A stretch of DNA of 64,000 bases, from contig NC_058381.1 of assembly GCF_018350175.1 (NCBI RefSeq), positions 54,064,001 through 54,128,000 on the forward strand, given 5' to 3'. The notes beneath the pieces are model-generated. The model made no database searches, was not told the origin of the DNA, and saw only the letters and a list, made by a program, of their open reading frames with translations. This document shows positions 48,601 to 56,560 of the stretch, in pieces; positions within the stretch are counted from its first letter, which is position 1, and each line of letters opens with the position of its first letter. The DNA is from Felis catus (taxonomy: Eukaryota). The position numbers were made by a program, and so were the translations under genes.

Positions 48601-51600
48601 CCCATGACGTTTTCGATGAAATGAAATAAAGTATCTTTATTTGCTCATGGGTTGGTCTGCCTTCCTTTGAAGAACGTTAAGTTTCGTAAGGGCAAGGATT
48701 TGGCTGGCTGTTGGGTTCATTCTGTATCTCCCCAGCCCAAGAGCAGTATTGGCACGTGGAAAACCCTCCGAAAATGTCTGTTGGGTGAACGAATGGATCT
48801 TGGCCTTCCCCTCGCGTGGGCTCAGAAGGGGAGTCCTTCCTCCCTCCCTCCGCTGCGACTCTCCTTGCCTGAGCTACGTTCTGCCTCTTTGTTCAAAATG
48901 ACACCGCGTGCCATGGTGGATGCCCTCTCCTACCATCCGATCACCCCGGATGCCACCCCGGTTTTGGGGCTGCCTTGTAGCTCAGCCGGGCCAGAAAGAG
49001 GGAGGCTGGGGATGGGAAGAGTGGAAATTCTCCAGGAGCTCTGACTAGGGGGGTTAAGTAGAAAAGAGGAGGGGAGAAAATGGAGCAAAATGGACCAGAA
49101 ACCAGGCGGAGCTCATGAGACCCATCTCAGGCGAAACGCACCCACACGTTCTAACAGTTCTGACATTGTCTCCAACTCTGAAATTACGGGCAATTTCGGT
49201 CTGTCACCTATCCTGAAATTACGGTAATTTGGATTCATTTATAACCCTCAAGTTAGGGTAACGTGGGTTGATTTCCAGTCCTGAGATTATGGTAATTTGG
49301 CCTGTTTGTTTCCTGGGGCGTCTGCTCACAGCCAGACTAACTCTCTGCTCAGTGATGATACCTGGAGAAGGAAGTGGAATTTAGAAAAGTTTGCGACAGG
49401 GACAGGAAAGGCTGAGGGTCTGGGTGCGGGGGTCCTTGTTCCCCGCTGACCATGCCGCTGTGTTACCTTTGGCCCGACAGGGAATGTCCATCACTTTCTC
49501 CATCTCTGCTGTGATGTGTCTGTCTGGCTCCTTGACAAACTGGGGAGGTTCTGCAGGAGGAGGGACCAGAGGAGGGGCTCAGAGCCATGCTCCTTTTGAT
49601 ACAGCCCCTGCTCCGGTCACCCAGCCATACTGCCCGTAGGATACAGCCGCTGCTCAGGACGCCCAGCCATGCCCCTAGCCCTGGGCGGGGAGCCCCAGCA
49701 GCCCTGCCCCAGCTCACCCAGCACAGACAAGTAGGCTCCACGGACGACAGAGGGGATGCTGCTGCTGCGCAGGGCGGCCTCGCACTCGTAGTAGCCGGCG
49801 TCACTGCCCGTGGGGCCCGGGATGGTAAGCCGGCGGTTGTAGTCGCTGATGCCCCCCGACAGCGGCACCCCATCTTTCTTCCAGGTGATGTGCAGCTTGA
49901 TCAGGGGCCTGGAGGCGGTGAGGGAGGCAGGTTCTCAGCCACAGGGGCTTCCAGAAACCTGAGGGCCAGGGCAGGGGTGCGCGGGAGTGCCAGCCCGGGG
50001 CCCCAGCCCCTGCCACTTCCTAGAGGTGCAAGCCCTTCAGCGCTCTGGACCTCGGTTTCCTTGTCTGTGAAATGGGGGCACCTGTGCCCCCCGGGGCTGC
50101 GGTCATGGGGACGCTGTAATGCAGGTGGATTAGCTCAGCCCGGCGCCCACCGGGGACACGGGGCTCCCGAGTGCAGGAGCAGCACCCGGCACCCCACGCC
50201 GCGCGTCTTGCTCCTCTGCCCCCCTTGTGCTGCGCCCCGTCCAAACAGAAGCCGGCGGGCAGGAGCAGCCAGAACGCCGGGCAACATGACAAAGAGGAAT
50301 GAGAGAGAATCGCCCAAGGTTTGGAGGGAAAAAGGCAGGCAGACGGACATACCCACCTCCTGAGTTAGAGGGCGAGTCGGGCACCCTCCTCACCGACCCT
50401 GGCCCCCCAAAGCCCCCTGAGATTGGGTGTGGCCTGCTCTCCCGTTTAGCGCCTGGCGGATCCTGGAGGGGTCTGTGCCAACCCCACGGGGTGCGCAGCG
50501 GGGTCCCGCAGAAAAGGGTCCTGTGATGGAGCGGGTCCGGGCAACGCTGGCTCCAGTGACGTTAGGCAGGCTCTTATAGGCGTTCTCCGTGTCCTCAGCG
50601 AGTTCCTCTGCATCCCGCAGCCTTTCCCGCACTTGCGGAAAACCTGGGTCCCCGGGAGCCTATGCTTAGGAACGCGGCTCTCCGGGAATCTTCAACTGGA
50701 TGTGACCTCGGGGTCGCTGGTCTGACTCCCCACCCATCACCTCGGAGCATCTTTCTGGAGCACTTAAGAGGTGTCGGGGCAGGCTGGGTCCAGCACTCTA
50801 CCCACATGCTCCCCCGGGGAGGTGGGTGCTCAAATCCTTCCCATTCTACAGTTGAGGAGACTGAGGCCCCGAGCATGGCCCTGGGCCCCGAGGGGGTGGC
50901 CTGTGGTATGGCAACCTTGCTGTCGGCCAGCTGGGTGGTCTCAGGCAGGTCGCTTGCCCTCTCTGGCCCACGGGGTAGCGACAGCTCTGTCGAGCGGTTG
51001 TTGGAGGAAAGGAAATCGCGTGGGAAGGCACAGCACTGCGGCCACACGTGATGAGGCGCAGTCATTATTTAACTGTTTCCTGTGTGAGAGGAGTGAGGGC
51101 CGTGCACGGCTGGGGGGGCTGCGATTGTGCCCAACACCAGGTCTGCCAAATCCATCATGCGAGCCGTCTCTTAGCCCAGCATGCCTGTCACACGTGCCTG
51201 CGTGGCAGGGAGGTCACCTGTCCCTTCCAGGTCGCTCTCAGGGCCACAGGAGGGGCCTCAGTATTTGGGGCTGCCCCATAACGCTGCCCCGTAACTTCCA
51301 TTCGGGCCTCGGTCTCTCCTTTTGGGCCACGGACAACGAGCCTGCCCGGCTCATACCCAACAACCCTCTGGAAGTAGCCAGCACGTCCACACGTCGCCCC
51401 TCCTCCAGGACAAAGGCCCCATCTCCTTTCATGGGGTCCTCATGTGACACTTCCGGGCCTTCCTGAACTGGTCCCCTTGGAGCCCACAGGTCAGGTGCCC
51501 CGGCTGCAGTTAAGGGCGAAGGGGAGTAGGGGGAATTCGCTACCCACCTGGCGTTGGCCACGCACTCCATGGTCACCTCCGAGGTCCCGGCCACCACGCT

Positions 51601-54600
51601 GGTGTTCTTGGGAGGAATGATGATGGTTGGGGCGATGGGGTCTGCAGGTCCCCCGACATCTGGAGAGAGGTCAGGTGTTAGCCGGAAACACGGGTCGGAA
51701 ATCCTATCTCTGCCCGGCCCCCATTAGAGGCTCATGCCACGGAAGACTTTTGTCCTTATGTAGCAGAGCGGGTGACCACGGGGCAGTGCCACGACCGAAC
51801 CTGCAGACATGCCCCCGGGGACCCTCTTACCCCTCCCCCTCCTCTCTTCAGGGTCCAGGGAGCGCCCACTGGAGACTGCCAAGACCTTCCCCCTTCTCCC
51901 CTTGTCCTGTTTTTGCCTTCAAAATCCTTCCCTCCACCCACATTTATCTTGTTGGCTTACATCGCCACTTGTCACGTCTTCTACCTGAACGCAAACCCCC
52001 TCTACTGGGCTGGATAGTAATCCCCCCACATTCAAGTCCGCGGCAGCTGTGAACGTGACCTTATTGGGAAACAGAGTCTTTGCAGACATAATCAAGTTAA
52101 GATGAGGTCCTTCTGTGTCAGGGTGGGGCTTATGCCCAATAGGACTTGTCCTTAGAAGAGGAGTGAAATTTAGACACAGACACACAGACACACAGAAGAG
52201 AAGGCCAGGTGACCTCGAGGCAGAGCCTGCAGCGAGGTGTCTCCGAGGCGAGGAGTGCAGAGGACTACCACCAGAAGCTGAGAGGCAGGGAAGGATCCTC
52301 CCCTCCAGCCTTCAGAGAGGGCACAGGCCTGCCGACCCTTCTGGCCTCTAAAACCTGTGAGGGGACACTTCTGGTGTTATAACCGCCCCCTCCCCAGTTT
52401 ATGGTACTTTGTTATAGCCTCCCGAGGAAGCGAATACATTCCGTGAGGTGGGAATCTCATGGATCGTTGCTTTGGACCGAATTCTGTCCCCTCCAGATCG
52501 TACGTTGAAGCCCTGACCCCCATGCGACTGTATTTGGAGACGGGGTCTCCAGTAGACGGGGTTCCAGGAGGCCATAAGGGTGGGGCCTTAATGCAACAGG
52601 GCTGGCACCCTGATTGGGAGTGAAAGAGACGTCAGAGCTCTGTCTTGGCCACGTGAGGACACGGCGAGAAGGCGGCTGTGTGCAAGGCCGGAAGAGAGGC
52701 CTCAGCAAAACCCAGCCGTGCTGGTACCTTGATCTTGGACTTCCCAAACTGCCTGTGCTGAAGCCGCAGGTCTGGTAACGGGTTACAGCAGCCCGAGCTA
52801 ACACAGTCTTGCTCATGCTTACTTTCTAGGACAAGAGCGATGTCTGACGCGTAGTAGGGGCCTCACGTGTATTTGACAGGGGAAGGCATGAACGGGTCCA
52901 GAGCTATCCGTGCACAACTTCGGGGACGATGATTGAAATGAAAGAGAACGTGTCACGAGTGGGCTCTACAAACACCAAACGAAACGATACCTCGAACTCG
53001 TCTAACAGCTTTGCCTTTTCTATTTTTTTTTCAACGTTTTATTTTATTTTTGGGACAGAGAGAGACAGAGCATGAACGGGGGAGGGGCAGAGAGAGAGAG
53101 AGAGGGAGACACAGAATCAGAAACAGGCTCCAGGCTCTGAGCCATCAGCCCAGAGCCCGACGCGGGGCTCGAACTCCCGGACCGCGAGATCGTGACCTGG
53201 CTGAAGTCGGACGCTTCACCGACTGCGCCACCCAGGCGCCCCTTGCCTTTTCTATTTTTTGAGTTCTTTAGGCTCTTATCTCTGTGGGCCAGCACTGGCC
53301 CAATGCTGACAGAAACTCAAGTACTGTCTGTGCACCTGTGCCAGGGCTCCTGAAAGTTCAAACACGGAGGGCTTTCTCTCTCACGAAAAATCCATCCAGT
53401 TGGCTCCTTTCCAGGAGACTCTGGAGGTAGCAGACTATAATGACACCCCCAGCCCTGGGGGGGGGGACAGTGACAGGACGGGGAGAACAGGTCACGGCCC
53501 CGCTGTCGCTCTGGGCCACCCTGGTTGGCCCTCGGCCACCCTGATCAGCCCTGGGCAGGTTTTCCTGCCTGGACTCCAGGCTTTGCTGGGAAAGGGAATA
53601 AAATGTAAAAAATAAAGTAAAATGAAGGGGGAAGAAAGGAAGCATNNNNNNNNNNNNNNNNNNNNNNNNNNNNNNNNNNNNNNNNNNNNNNNNNNNNNNN
53701 NNNNNNNNNNNNNNNNNNNNNNNNNNNNNNNNNNNNNNNNNNNNNNNNNNNNNNNNNNNNNNNNNNNNNNNNNNNNNAGGTACCGCGGCGCAGATTAATG
53801 GGGCAAGAGGAGGAGACAGTTAGAGCCCAAGAGGGGTGCCCCACCGCGGAGCCAGGTAAACAGAGCCCTCGGAGTTTAAAAATATGAGGGCCACCCCAGG
53901 GCCTCAGGGCCAACTCGTCGGCTTTGGGAGGGGTGGAGGGGAGACTGACACCTATCCGGGGACCCTGGAGGTCACACCGAGGTCCTGGGGGGTCAGGAAG
54001 GCTTGGTCTGAAACCTTGTTCTGCCCCAGGCATCCTGGCGTGGGGAGGGTCCTCAGCCAGATCTTGATTTTCTTAGTGACACAACGGGGATAAAAACGAC
54101 TGTGTCTCAGGGTTATGTGAGTTCGGCCCCTCACTCAACAGCTCTTTTCTGGGTGAGGGCTCAGTCCACGCCGGACTGTGCCAGGCACCAGGGACTCCCC
54201 ACTGAGCGAGACAGGCAGGGGTCTGTCCTCATGCAGGGCATGGTCTGGAAGGATCTCAGATCGATGCTCAGACATTTATCGGATTAAAGTGCATGGGATG
54301 GATGCTGGGAAGAAGCGCCTCGGTGGGGGTGGCGGGGCGGGGCTGGTCTGGGGCGAGCGCAGAGTACTTGGCACATAGTAGGTCCTTAATAAATGATAGG
54401 CCGTCCTTCTTGGGATTTACCTGCCTGTCCTCAGGGAGAGATTCCTGGTCTCCCGTCTTCCACCCCAACCAAACCACGTGATGGACCCAGAGGCTCCCAG
54501 GAGGTGAAAGTCACAGCGACTGAGGGCAAGAGGCCACGTGCCGTGCCAGGCACCATCCCAGGCACCGTCCTGGCACTCTGCTAACCGACGCTCATCACAA

Positions 54601-56514
54601 CGGCCACCGGAGGTGGGTCATTATCGTCATCCCACAATTTACAGATGAGAAAGCAGAGACAAACGGAGGAGGCCAAAGCAGTGAGGCAGTTTACTTCCCA
54701 ATGGCAGTTGCTAACAAGGGACAAAACCAGGAACGGGGACCGGGTCTCCGAGGCTGTAAACCCAGGCCGTTAGCCACTCCCCAAATCATCTCTCTGGCTC
54801 AGTCGGCTCAGTCCTCACTCGGGCACAGAAGGAAACAACTCTCCCTCTTGGCTGCCGTCAGCTCTGCCAGAAGTTGTCTGAACATACCTCTGAGCACCAC
54901 CAGGTCCTGGCTGCCACCGGCATCCCTGTCCCCTCTCCCCAAGGCCCCTGCATGCACTCCCCTTCCCCTGTCACCGGCGACCCCCTGGTTGCAAATCCCC
55001 TTGTCTCCACTGATTCTCTTCGACTGCTCCGGACATTTGGCTCTGGTGACCTCACCTGCCTCCCACGCGGTGCTCACATGGCTCTCTCCCTGTCTCTGGA
55101 TCCTGAAATGGACAAGCCAATGCCCTCTGCCCCTCCCCGCTCCCCCCTGTTTCCTGGCTCCCCTCCGACCTCACCAGCCTCCTGTTTGGAGAGGGAGGCT
55201 CTTGGGGTGATGTGAAAGCAGAGGACAGCTTGGGGTGGACCAGGGATGTCAAGATGGCCCTGAGTGGCACGGACTTGCCCCAGGCAGGACACATCCTACT
55301 GACAGGTGCTCACGGCTGGGGGGCCTGTCCTGTCAGCTCCTGGCTAAGCAGGTCTTCAGATGACCACCTAGGGTGAGGAGGACGGCTGGCTGTGGCTGGG
55401 GACGGAATGCAGGACATCTGCCTCATTGGACCCATACTCCGGACAGTGGGGTGAACGGAGCCCAAAGGTCAAGCCAGGAAAATCACATGCAAACCAGAGC
55501 AAGGAGGAGGGGTGTCTTCCGCGTGAGTGCCTGATGCGGATTGAACCCGGGGTTGGGGCTGGGTCCTGCTGCCCCTGGCTGATTTGTTTTTTCTTCTAAA
55601 TTTTATTTACTTTTGAGAGAGAGGGAGAGACAGAGTGCAAGCAGGGGAGGGGCAGAGAGAGAGAGAGGGAGACACGGAATCCGCAGCAGGTTCCAGGCTC
55701 CAAGCTGTCAGCACAGAGCCTGACGTGGGGCTGAAACTCACAAACCGTGAAATCATGACCTGAGCTGAAGGTGGACATTTGACCCACGGAGCCACCCAGG
55801 GGCCCTGGCTGATTTTGATAACAGTCACAGTGAGGGACATCACTGTGATGCCTTCTCCCCGAGGCGCCTCAGTTAATCCTCCAATTACACGTTGCCACAG
55901 GCATCACGTTACAGGTGAGGAAAACGGAAGTTCGAGGACCACATGACTCACCTGGGCCACGGGTCAAGTGCGTGGGGGTGGGGGTGGGGGCAGGGAGGTA
56001 AGCCGCTCCCTTCTCCCGGGCAGGTATCCAACGTGGGGGCTAAGAACCACAGGTGGCTGCGAGCTCTTGAAAAGTGACTGGCGCCCCTTTGATTTGATGG
56101 GATTTAATTTTATCTAATTTACATTTAATTAAAAACGGATCCCCAAATCAGTTATTAGAACACTTTTAAGTACGTGTAGAACAACATGGGTATCCGACAC
56201 CACCTTTCCAGCTGTAAATTTGATGAAGTCTAAACACAGATCACGTATTTCGGATGAAAACTGAGCAACCAAATTGAGATGTGCTCCAAGTGTAAAATAC
56301 GCAGAGGTTCTGAAGGCTCAGTATGAAGACGAAGAAACCCGGTGCAGAGTGCCTCGTTAATATTTTCCGTATTGATTGTGTGTTAAAATGGTAATATTTT
56401 GGATATGTTGGGTCACATAAAATACATTAATAAAATTAACTTCCCCTATTTCTTTTTTGTTTTTTTAATGGTTATACATTTATTTTGAGACAGAGAGAGA
56501 GCAAACAGGGGAGG

Positions 56515-56560
<46 letters not shown>

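Noticed and set aside
49587-50363. 258-aa plus-strand ORF, and similar antisense ORFs (8437-8886, 11299-11847, 11915-12610)
   Set aside because: Shadow ORFs over GC-rich SDK2 exons and introns, with low-complexity Pro/Gly/Arg content, no recognisable domain and no splice structure.
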